Shown: one piece after another, positions 39,774-50,351 of the stretch
Layout: the number at the start of each line of letters is the position of its first letter
Numbering within the stretch: position 1 is the first letter of the stretch
NCBI GenBank assembly: GCA_013265495.1
Contig: MU058384.1
Coordinates: forward strand, 5,886,792-5,950,791
Source of the DNA: Vicugna vicugna
Taxonomy: Eukaryota
DNA length: 64,000 nt
Reading direction: 5' to 3'
The notes under the pieces: model-generated
Seen by the model: only the letters and a program-made list of their open reading frames with translations
Databases searched by the model: none
Told to the model about the DNA's origin: nothing
Translations under genes and position numbers: made by a program

Positions 39774-39860
39774 GGAAAGGGTGTAGCTCAGTGGTAGAGA
39801 GCATGAGGTCCTGGGTTCAATCCCCAGTACCTCCATTTAAAAAAAAAACTGAATGAAAAA
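39774..39860 (+). mobile_element. tRNA-derived SINE (Vic-1-like) with internal deletion
   Basis: GTGTAGCTCAGTGGTAGAG..GAGGTCCTGGGTTCAATCCCCAGTACCTCC plus poly(A). Flanking AATAATGA at 39766-39773 and 39861-39868. Confidence 0.8.
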
Positions 39861-40939
39861 AATAATGATTACTTATTAATCAGGTTATAAGCACTGAAAT
39901 AGAGTGGGATCTAGTGAAGATAAGGTGATGAGATCTCACTAAAGAAATACAAGACCTGAATGATAACCTATTTTAATTATACTCAAGACAACCTGAAGCG
40001 ATTAAATTATCACAAGAATTCAATAATGTTATATAATAATTACTATTCTATTTAATAATTGCTATTCACTAGATATCTATTTAGGGGAAATGCATATCAT
40101 TCTTTTAGGCACTTTTATACCTTAAGACCAGAAGAAGGGGAGAAGGGAGGGAAAAAACCCAATATTAATTAATGCCTGTCACATAACCAGACATAACCAC
40201 ATGCATTATCTTACTAAAGTGGTCATCATTATACCCATTTTTCAGATGGAAGAGCCAAGGTCTTTAATGGTCAAATTTCTTGTCCAAGGACTCAGTCAAA
40301 AGCTCTTTCCAGTACACCATCCACTAGATATAGATTTAACCTACGTCTGTAAAAGGCGACAAATTACTTCCTCATTATCCACTGGATTAATTTTAAAATA
40401 AGGTCTTTTTAGTCTTGTAGTCTACATTATAGTCTCAAATTAACATCACTCTTCAAAGCACCTTTTCAGCTAATGATTCTGACCTAAGGGCCATATAAAT
40501 TCAAAACTGATAATGTCATCTTCTGCAGAAAGGGAGAGAACAGACTTCATCTGAGTGGGCGGGGGGGCGGGGAGCGCAGTTCAAACATCCCATCCCGTTT
40601 ATGCCATCGGGTCCCAACACGTTTGCTTGCTTTATTCTTTTCTCAAATGCGCACACAGACTTCAAATAAGAGGTTCAATTTCAATTTGGCCGTGGCAACA
40701 GCCCTACCGTCAATTTCTTTGCCTCGTTTGCCCTCTATCTTATCTCCTTCACGGTAGCCTCAGAGAGTTAATGATTCACTCACGATTCAACATTTATTAA
40801 GGTGTCAGGCACTACGCTGGGTGCTGGGTACAAGGATGCGGTGGTGTTGCCTGGAGGAGTCTGGTCTCATAACTCGATGACATTCTGAACTGTTCCCTCC
40901 GCCCTTTCCACCCCTTTCTCCTCGCTCTGTCCTGGGAAG

Positions 40940-41790
40940 GGATCTTTAGCCTTGTCCTCTGGGTGGTTAATCTTTCCGTGAACGGGCTGGAGGGTGGGCC
41001 AGCTAAGGCTGCCAGATCCGAAGATCAAAGGCGCCTGGAGCCTAGACGCCTGGAGGAAGCCAGCCGGGCTCTCAAGAATGCCGCTGGCACCCCGCAAGCT
41101 TCCAAGGGCATGGCCAGAATTTGGAGAAAAGGATGCAAAGCTAAGAAAGGAAGTTCGGCTTGCCAGCTGGGTGGGGACCACGCCTCTCCTTGCTGGCTGA
41201 GCTGGGTTATTACCCTAGAACCTTCCCTGAGCGGTGTCTCGGCGCGGGACAGGTTCGCCTTGGCACACGCTCTCAGCTGTTTCGGAGGCGGCGCCCGGAA
41301 AGTGATGTGGACGCTTGAAGCGGTGTAGGCTGGAGCTCGGAACTCGGAGCCTCCAGTCTTCTCCCCCTGCATACTTCCAGAAACTCGTCTCCCGGATAGA
41401 AAAGCCGCGGAGGAGCCGTTCCCTACTCCGCCTCTTGGCTCGGGTCCCTCACCTGCCCGCAAGCTCCGTCTGGCAATCACCCCGCCGCCCCCCACCCCAG
41501 GCCGACTTCCCACCAGCCGGAAGCACAGGTCCCCACCCCAGAGCAAACCCACCTACTCCCCCTGGAGTGAAGGGGCAATCTTTGCGGACCTGGTGCCCAA
41601 CCGAGAAGTCGCAGGGGTTACGAGCGCCAGGTGCCCAGATTTCTCTCCCCCTTAGGGGTCGCAACGGAGCCAACAGCAGCCGGGCCCTAATCCATCCAGG
41701 TCTTTCCTTCATCACCCGATGACTGAAATCTCTTTGAAGGCCCAAGAGGAGAGCGTACGTACTTCCATAAGGGTCGCGCAAATCTTTTAT
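40940..41790. promoter_or_regulatory. CpG island just distal to the TCF21 3' end
   Basis: CpG-dense, GC-rich block with no credible coding frame. Confidence 0.6.
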
Positions 41791-41987
41791 TTTCAGAAGA
41801 CGAATGGTTTGATGTCCTGACTGGCACTTAACCTTTAATAATACACTGCATGCCATCATGGAGTGAATAGGAAAGTAAATGAAACTGGAGTTCAGAACAT
41901 GCAACCTCTTAAGAAAAAATAATTCCCCAATATTTTCTTTCCCTCTGCCTCAATGTCTTTGTTTATCTAATGAGAGAGATCCTCAAA

Positions 41988-42166
41988 GAGTGATTCTTGG
42001 TGTGTGATTTCCAGACCAGCAACATCATCATCTCTGGGGAACTTGTTAGAAGTGGAAATTTTAGGGCCCCACCCCTAATCTTGATCTGGAATACAGGTGG
42101 GTGGAGCCCAACAATCTATTTCCAGGAGCTGTCCAGGTGATTCCGACACAGCTGGAGAACCACTGG
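41988..42166. mobile_element. MER5A-like hAT-Charlie MITE
   Basis: CCAGACCAGCAACATCA..GAACTTGTTAGAA..GGCCCCACCCC..CCAGGTGATTC..GAGAACCACTG. Confidence 0.75.
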
Positions 42167-43100
42167 CTTAAAAGCCTCCCTGGGCAGTATTTCCCATTTA
42201 TTGCTAAATATAACCAGTAAGTATCGACATTGTTTACTTCTTTTAGAAAGAAGTCTCTGATGTGACTGTGAAAACCTGCTGGAAGCACAATGAGTTGCCT
42301 GTGCAAAGACATACAGGCGATTACAACATGAGAGGGAGAGAGAGAGGGAGAGAAAAGGGACTTCTCCGGCTACAGTCCACTTTCAATATCTGTCTCTTCT
42401 CCTGAGAACTCGCAGACATGCTTATTTGAGACATTTCATTTTCCTTCCAGGCTTCTGCAACTTGCTTCGGTCATTCTGGTTCTTTCTGAAAGCACCTTCT
42501 AAGATAGTTTTGATAACGAAGAGGTTACAGACAGGGCAGTCTCCAACCCTTACTCACCCCTAACTATCCGGCTTGTAGTAAAAGGGGTCCCCTACTCCCC
42601 TAGCTGCTGCTTGCCGCCTATTGAAATGTAGACATACCAAGTACCTGGGCTGGCGTGATCGCCTGCAGTCACAACTGAGGGGCAGAAGAGCACCAGACAC
42701 TGGGAGGTGGGGCGTAGTGGGTGTGGCAGTGCTGATGATCTGGTGGAAGAGAAGGGCCCATGGGAAGGAGAGATGTTTAGACTGTGGACGTGTGTGTGGA
42801 GGGGTGTGGGACCATCACAGTGCCACCTTCTGGGACTAGTGGGAGCCACCACCCAGCCATTCCCACCATGTTGCTGGCTCTTTTCAGTGGACAGCCCTTG
42901 GGTCCCCAAGTGTACCCAGGCCCGAAGGCTGAGGCCCCTGTGCTCAGGGCTTCCTGACAGCCAGGCACCAGTGTAGTCCTATCTACTGGTCCCCAACACT
43001 GTTTTTGCTCTCTGAATGTTTCTGGATTCTGGATTTCTAGGAAATAGTCATGTTGGTAGAATGCTCTGGACAAATTTGGAGAACATTGAGAGGGGATAAA

Positions 43101-43122
43101 TGTGTGTGTGTGCGTGTGTGCA

Positions 43123-43180
<58 letters not shown>
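43101..43180. repeat. Compound microsatellite (TG)n(AG)20
   Basis: Directly visible. Confidence 0.95.
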
Positions 43181-43184
<4 letters not shown>

Positions 43185-43499
43185 TGTATCCTTCAACATT
43201 GCATCAAAGACATGTTTTGATTCCTGCAACAAAAAGACCATCTCCTCTGTGTTATCAACACACCCTCTTGAGCTTCCTGCCTGAAACAGTTTCAGGTCCG
43301 GTGTGTATAGACAGCTTACCGCCAGCCACTTAGTTAAAGTGACCAATATTTGCACGGATCTTTTCCTTTACAAAGCAGTTGCCAAAATATAATTTCCTTT
43401 AAGCCCCACTAAGGCTTTGTGAGGCACAAGACGAAAAGAGTGAGTATGATTATTAGTATGATTATAATCACATTTATCCCCACTTTTGTACCTAAACCT

Positions 43500-44560
43500 T
43501 TTCAGGAGAAAACTGGTCGCACAACTAGGGCTTAACCTGTGCGTCTCGCATACACAGATTCAGGCCTCACGCTGAAAGCACAGGCTGCAGACTGTCGGTG
43601 GGAGGCAGGAGGACTTTTTTTTTTTTTTTAACAAATCCATTTGCGGTTAAGGGTCGACCCAGAATGATCAAGCAGAAATTTCTTCTCTAGGGGGTGCTCA
43701 GAATTTTGAGCATTTGTTTGTAAAACCGTCAGTGGGAGCCTGGAAAATCTGCTGAACGTAAATTGCAGACAACTGAATCTTTCTCGTACTCATCTCGGAC
43801 TTGAGCTCCGGATCGTCGAGGCGGGGCACTGTCCCCCGGGTAGAATTTGGGAAAGGTGGAGGTGGCAGCCGTAGCTTAGAATGCTCTCTTGAAGGTCAAG
43901 TCGGGGAAGGGGGTGGGGGATTAGTAGAGACCTGAGCGGTCCTCCGACCGGGCTGCAAACCACAAGCACGTGGATAGGAGTTACCGGTGTTCCTAGCTCT
44001 TGGAGGATGGTAATGTGGTAACTACCCTCGGCAGAGACCATTCCTCCCGCACTGCGGTTCCCCGGGTCAAGACAGGCATCGCCTGCTCCTTCCCTGCTGG
44101 CCTGGCTGAGGGCTCCACCCCCTGAGCGGCCTTTGGGGTTGGTTGGAGGTAAGTGCAGGAGCGGGGGAGCTCTTCCTCCAGGTACCAAACTGAGACAAGA
44201 AAAAGGGGGAAAAAATCTAAAAGAAAGAGCAAATGAAGCGGAAGTTTCAAGGCCCTCTGCGAGGAATAACAGTATAAATAACCGAAGACGTCTTGTAAAC
44301 ACTGCGGTCATAACCCCGAACATTAAACAGCCCCGGTGGCATCTGGCGCATCGGCCGCCGCGGGCTGCGCTGGGGCAGCGAGGGAACCCGGTCCCAGGCT
44401 TCTCGGACTCGCCTCTCTGTTTATCTCAACTTAATCTTCCCCAACGAGCTGTTCCGTAGCCTGGAAGATGTTTAAATTAAAATCCAGTCCGCCGGAAGTT
44501 GTGGAGGGGAGCTGAACGCACTAGCTAACGTAACCGAAAGGCAGGCATGTGCGTTACTAA
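43500..44560. promoter_or_regulatory. Third TCF21-associated CpG island (candidate antisense lncRNA promoter, TARID-like)
   Basis: CpG-rich block (e.g. GGCGCATCGGCCGCCGCGGGCTGCGC near 44345) downstream of the proximal poly(A) site. The antisense-promoter role is inferred from the human locus. Confidence 0.55.
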
Positions 44561-45009
44561 AAGTAATTTATCAATTATTAATAAATATATGGTATAGGTT
44601 GCAGCCCTTTGAAAATCATAAAACACATTCCAAAGGGATGGAATTTACATTTTTCACAGTACCCATTATTTCTTCACTAGTTTGTAATAAAGCTTGCTTG
44701 GGCTCTTGTCCGGGCCTGGTAAGTCATAGACTGTGGGGTTTACCTTCCTGCTGGTGTCAGCAATTAGACTGTGAAATACCTGAAAATCAAGATTTTCCTT
44801 TTCTGCTGTGTTTTTCTCTTAAAACGTGTAACTGTTAATGACTTTAATCCTGCCCTTTCTTTGTTTACAGTTACATCATTTCTAATTGTCTTGAAAGTAA
44901 CCTACAAATCCGAGAGACCAGTTTCTTTTTGAGGTTTCAGTGCAAAATATGGTCCACACCTTCATGGTGGAAGTCGCATTGAATCATTTTCTACCTCTAG
45001 AAGTTTGGA

Positions 45010-45575
45010 TAGAAGTTCAAAAGAACAACTTTATTATCTAGCTCCCCCATAGCTCCCACCTTTCTCTTCCAAATATCTATATATATTTTAAAAATCACAC
45101 CAAATATCAGGGCTTTTAGCAACATAAAGAAAGATTTATTTTTGAAAGTAGCAAAACTTGTTTGAAAAAAATATATTTTTAAATGAATTACTTTATAAAT
45201 GTGACTGTCAAAGTCAGCTATTCTATGATCTACATTTTACAACGTATTGTACAAAAGATACACATTGATAGGCTCTTATTATCTATTTATATATTTATAA
45301 TTACATATTGCACTTGGACCAGCAAGGCTCGCAGAATCATTCACGGTAGAAGTTAATAAAGTTAAATAGATGGGAATCGTTGTAAGTACAGTTGATGTCC
45401 TCTGGTTTGGAAACGAATCTCCTCGTCGCTGCAAAGTGTTCTCGCGGGGTGGGACAGGGAGAGGAGCGCTGCAAGGGGAAAGCAGAGACAGAGAGCAGGG
45501 AGGGCAAGGGTCGTCTGCCTTCCCGGGGCCCGCTCCCCCCGGGAGCGCGCCTTTCCCAGACTCGCACCTCCAAGG
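45010..45575 (-). other. TCF21: TCF21 proximal (unspliced) 3'UTR with poly(A) signals
   Basis: AT-rich sequence follows the stop codon. Minus-strand AATAAA occurs at 45140-45135 and 45035-45030. The exact cleavage site is not determinable. Confidence 0.75.
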
Positions 45576-46080
45576 TCAGGACGCCGTGGTTCCACATAAG
45601 CGACTCGCGGTCACCACTTCTTTCAGGTCACTTTCGGGTTTCCCGGCCACCATAAAGGGCCACGTCTGCAGGGGAGAAGAGGGTGGAGGTAAGTGGTCTT
45701 GGAGGAGGGGTGGGGCGGGTTGGGAGCTTGAGACCAAAGGAGAGGGCGCGGTGGGGGCAGGCAGTGATTTGGAGACACCCGTTATCTCTGCAGTTTCCTC
45801 GTTGTCCTAGTGAGCCCTGTGGCTGGATAAAGCAAAGAGCAGCATTGGCGCCAAGTCACAGCTCGAGCTGGTGGAGCACAGAGAGGCTGGAACTGAAACC
45901 CAAGAGAGGAGACCCTTGGAAAACCCAGAGTGGCTCCCACCGCAGCACAACCCGGCGGAGGCAGATGCCACCGTGAGCCCGAGCAGGGAAGACGGGAAGG
46001 ATCTCGCGCCACTGGGCACAGGGTTCCAGGTGAAGCGCCCTTCTGGCCCTTCTTCTGAGGCAGTGGTCAGGCTTCCCAGC
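45400..46080. promoter_or_regulatory. CpG island over TCF21 exon 2
   Basis: Dense CpGs and GC-rich sequence against AT-rich flanks. Confidence 0.7.
45576..45665 (-). CDS. TCF21: TCF21 coding exon 2 ([29 protein letters not shown])
   Basis: Acceptor TCTTCTCCCCTGCAG|ACGTGG at 45666/45665. 30 codons end in TGA at 45578-45576, giving the known 179-aa length when joined to exon 1. Confidence 0.97.
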
Positions 46081-47049
46081 CCTCTCTCCACATCTAACTT
46101 TCGTTTCCTCCATCACAAACGAGGGCTAGAACCAATGTTTCTAAATTAATTGCTAGCTCTTCAAAACAAATAGTGCTAATAAAAGAATATACTCGCGTAT
46201 TTTAAGATCCTCTTCCCACTGGACTGAGCGAGCATAGCTTTCTCTTCCCTTCTCCGTGATGTTTATAACAAAGTTCACTTAAGTTTCTTATTCAAAGATG
46301 AAAGCAGCAGCAGCAGCAGCTGGGATTGAAGACACTATTCTCATTTCAGTTACAGATTTTAAAAAGCTGTTTACTTGTTAGAAAAAAAAGAAACTGACTC
46401 TTAATTGGAGAGAAAAATATTTTTGATAGCAAAATGTGGTTTTGCATCCCCCTCCTGCCCCCAGTCCCTGAAACCAATTCAGGGAGAAGACAATTCAAGC
46501 CTTCAAACCTCTCTCGCTAGTGCTGGCCGATAAGACCACTTTCAAGAGGAAAGCCTCTCCTTCTTATCATACATAAACAGAAGGGTAGTTAGTTGTTGTT
46601 TTTCTTTAGAGCCTGGAAGTTTTAAAATTAAGTCAAGTGGAAAAGGGAATTAAAATATATTTCTTAAACAGTAGGATGCATTTGAGAAAAATGTTAGGCT
46701 CAGTGAACGTGACTTTTTAAGATAAAAAGTCACATGTTCTTAAATTTTGAGGTGAAGTGACCTATTTTAATATTATTTATTACAGTAATATTCTTGAGGA
46801 TGTACTGATAGTGTTGATATTTACTAGACCTTCTGGGATTTGAAAATATTAATTCACCTTTAAGAAATGCGCGGAATATTGAAGTAGTTGGGAATTTATT
46901 GTACAATTATGGGGTAGCATGAATGTGTTCATATCTAACAGTCCTATATATCTTGGAAAAGAAGGAGTCTTTTATTTACAAGAATTAGAGGGGCAAATCA
47001 AGTTCTACACTTCAGCTAAAAGAATAAAGGGATTCACAAAATACCTCCT

Positions 47050-48320
47050 CAGCACGCAGCATCTTGTCCGTGTTCTCTCTGTCACGCACTAGCCCAGAAG
47101 GCGTTGGCGCGAGTGTGAGGGATCCCTCCTCTGCCAGCTCAACACGCTTGCAAACTCCTAATTGGGCTGCCACGTCAAACCCTCGCATAAATCACCGCAT
47201 TCCGGCGGCTTGGGAGGCAGAGAGCGAGGGCCGGGTGGGGATCGCCTGCACTGGTCCCCTAGAGGCACTGGCTGCGGTGGCAGAGACTCGTGGGTCCCAG
47301 CCTGGAGCGCACACTCACACCGGGGATCCACTGCGGGCGCTCTGGCCCCCCGGACGCCGCAGCGGCACCGGAGCACTTACCAGGTTGACCGGATGAATAT
47401 AACCGTTCTCGTACTTGTCGTTAGCCAGGATCTGCCTCAAATGGGCGATGTAGCTGGACGCCAGCCTGAGCGTATCCAGCTTGGAGAGCTTGGTGTCCGG
47501 GGGCACCCAGGGCAGCGTGGTCTTGAGCCTGGAGAAGGCCTTGCTCAGCACCCGCATCCGGGCCCGCTCGCGGGCATTGGCCGCGTTGCGCTGGACCTGC
47601 TTCCCCTCTTGGCTGACCCCGCTCAGGGGGCTCTTCTTGGTGGGCGCCTTCCTCCTCTTGCCCAGGCCGCCGCGGCCCTTCTGGGGAGACCCGGTCTCGC
47701 AGTTGGAGCTCTCCTCGGTGCTCTCGTTGGAAGTCACAAACTCCTTGTTCGAGTCCATTTTCAGCCCATCGCAGTCCAGCATCTCCACCTCTTGAAGGTC
47801 CTCCACATCGCTGAGGGAGCCGGTGGACATGTTTGGGGGAGAGGATGAGAGAGAGGGATGGGAGAGAGGAGAGAGACCCCGAAACCAACGGACCCCCCCG
47901 AATATGGAGTGAGGAGCGGCCACCTCGGTTTGGGAGCTGGAGTTGGGGGTCTGGCTGGGTCTCACACCCCTTTCCTCGTCGCAGAGTTGTGAGAAGGAGC
48001 CGCGAGGGCTTCTGCGGGCAGGAAACCGACGCTCTGTTTCCCCACCCCCGGAGTCGTGGCCGTAGAGGAGTGTGAGAGAGCGCTGAGGAATTTGGTGGAC
48101 ACTAGGAATTTATCTGGGGAATCGAGAGGCGGATCCTTGCAGCCCAGGGGAGGGGCCTGCCGGGCCCCAGCTACGGTCTTAGACCCCTTTCACAACCGGA
48201 GGGAAACTCTCACGCAAAGCCCCTGATTTCCAAGTTGTAATGTAAATCAAGTCAATTGCAGGACGCAAATATCGGTCACCTACTTCCACTCCGGGCCGGC
48301 GGGGAGGAGCAGGCCCCACC
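47050..48320 (-). promoter_or_regulatory. TCF21: TCF21 promoter / exon 1 CpG island; TSS probably near 48085
   Basis: High GC and CpG density spans exon 1 and upstream. A TATA-like GATAAAT (minus strand, 48114-48108) lies ~25-30 nt upstream of a pyrimidine-rich CCTCAGCGC initiator-like site. Confidence 0.75.
47381..47830 (-). CDS. TCF21: Transcription factor 21 (capsulin/Pod1/epicardin), coding exon 1 (aa 1-150, contains the bHLH domain)
   Basis: ATG at 47830 reads [18 protein letters not shown]...[71 protein letters not shown]. It is followed by a canonical phase-0 donor CTG|GTAAGT at 47381/47380. Confidence 0.98.
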
Positions 48321-49912
48321 CACAGCCCCTTCCCGGGGCCCATCTCCCAAGGCCTGCTTTCCCTCTTAAGAGGTCATAGCCGGTGGTTACTGAGAACTTT
48401 AGGAAAATGACCACAACCTTTTGCTCTTTTTGGGCCTTCCACCCACACATCTCACTAGCAGTCCCTGGTCCCTCTTTCCCCAGAAAACATCAATTAAAAT
48501 CCAGGCAAGGATCAACCGCCCACCGCCAACACCCTATAAGAAGACTCTGGCTTTTCCCAGGTACCTTCCCACCTTAACTGAGGTGAATTAAAACAAGAAG
48601 AGCTTCATAGGACCTTTAGGTGATGGCAGAGAAAGCACCAAAAAATCCATCTGCACCTGGTGACTTTAAAGATATCAAGGAACCGTCTGTGTGTACACAG
48701 ACAGACCAGATCATTGCACACTCACACACAACCACACACAGTTTAGGGGAGTGCGGGGAGTGAAATAGAGTAATACTGATGTGTGGGAAGTATTTTGTTA
48801 GTTGATCATCGTTTCTTCATGAAATTAAAATTTGCCCCTAAATTTCTTTCTAGAAATGCACCAAATATTGTCTTAAGGATGTTAGTTGCTCTCAGACATC
48901 AACTTGCCTGAGACTTCTTGTTTCCTCCCTCCAGGGCTGCCTGCTGACTGCCTTCTCCTGACATCCTCTTGGCTACCAGGGTTCCACATGTGAAGCTGAC
49001 ATTACAAAACACTAAGCAATATTATCCCACTGGGAAATGTTCTTTTCCATCCCCAGTGCCAGCCCTGACCATCCTTCCTAAAGAAGAAGACAATCTGGAG
49101 AGTTAACCAGAAAAGCAAAGGAATTGAATGACGTTGATGAAATGAAATCAGAAAGACAGAATGCATGCATCTTTCTTACTAGCTCTTCTCCAGGTTTTCT
49201 TTCTTGGCAAGTAGGCATTGCAGACAAGAAGCTGGAGCAAAATGCCAGAGCGGCTTCTGAGCTTTCGGCTCCGGGTCTGCACCCCTCTTCTGCATTAAGA
49301 TACCATATCTCTAATCCTGGGCTCAGCTGGGAATTCACTAACCTCTAACGTTTTGTTTTGTTAGCAGGGTCTTGTTTGCTTTCCCCCTGTGCTGTAAACT
49401 AAACAGATTGTCAGCAAATCAGTCTTTATTAATGAATTAGTGAGACACCGCCCCCCTTAATATCTTTGCCCAGGATCCAAAATTTGTTAATCACCAGTGT
49501 AGAGATTTATGAGCTCTCTTATTTTCTGTTGTTTGTGCAGGTGGAGATTTAAATGACCATATCCACTACCAAGATTTATTGCGAGAGTGATTGATGTTAT
49601 AAACCAGGAAAAGGACTCTTCCCACAGCAGGGATGACAGAACTATCAAGTTGAAGTTGCCTTTGTCCTCATGCACAAATGACCCAGTACTACAACACAGA
49701 AAGTATAATAATTTAATCTGAGATCCAAGACAGCATTAAGAGAACACCCAGCAGGCCTGTTAAATGTTTCCCCTCTGATTCCCAAACTACTTTTCTTTGA
49801 TTTGCCCTCCCTTTTCTTAGTCTTGGTAAAACATGAAAGTTAAAGTTATTTTTAGACTGAAAGAGCTATGTGAAAATGGGTTGGCCAATAATTTGTGAAG
49901 CGCGTGAGAGCA

Positions 49913-49980
49913 TGTGTGTGTGTGTGTATTTGTGTATGTGTGTGTGTGTGTATTTGTGTATGTGTGTGTGTGTGTGTGTG
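49913..49980. repeat. Interrupted (TG)n microsatellite
   Basis: Directly visible. Confidence 0.9.
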
Positions 49981-50319
49981 CATCTTCTGAGCTATCTGCA
50001 AAACAATCACAGATAATTTATTCATTTGGGCTCTAGAATGGGATGATATTTAAGAATCAGAACTATGGCTTTACCACATACCAGGCTATTAAAATGGAAA
50101 GATTTTGCGTGGAGCACTCTTCTGACTAGAGGAAGAAAGTCTGGTTTTCTGAGACACTTCAGTTGGTCAGCTGCTGAAGCTGTTTGGGGAGATAGTAACA
50201 ATCATCCTCATAAGTACAACCGAATAGATTTCTGCTATCTGTCTATTTTTCCGAGGTCTGAAACTTAAAAATAGCAATTTCTGGAAAGGAGTAAAACTAG
50301 CTTCATGCCATAAAGCTGG

Positions 50320-50320
<1 letters not shown>

Positions 50321-50350
<30 letters not shown>
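50321..50350. repeat. (TG)15 microsatellite
   Basis: Directly visible. Confidence 0.9.

Positions 50351-50351
<1 letters not shown>

Larger units (their letters stand above)
41770..44189 (-). other. TCF21: Putative TCF21 alternative terminal exon 3 (long non-coding 3'UTR)
   Basis: Donor GAG|GTGCGA lies 8 nt after the stop (45568/45567). A strong pyrimidine tract and AG acceptor (..CCCCCTTTTTCTTGTCTCAG|TTTGG) lie at 44190/44189, and AATAAA at 41791-41786. This fits the known 3-exon long human TCF21 isoform. Confidence 0.65.

Noticed and set aside
47064..47888. Overlapping and antisense ORFs over TCF21 exon 1 (228 aa, 155 aa, etc.)
   Set aside because: Shadow frames of a GC-rich coding exon with no recognisable domains.
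47315..47965. 216-aa ORF as the full TCF21 protein
   Set aside because: It starts at a GTG 45 codons upstream of the true ATG and reads through the intron donor. The known protein is the spliced 179-aa form, and nothing here supports the N-terminal extension.
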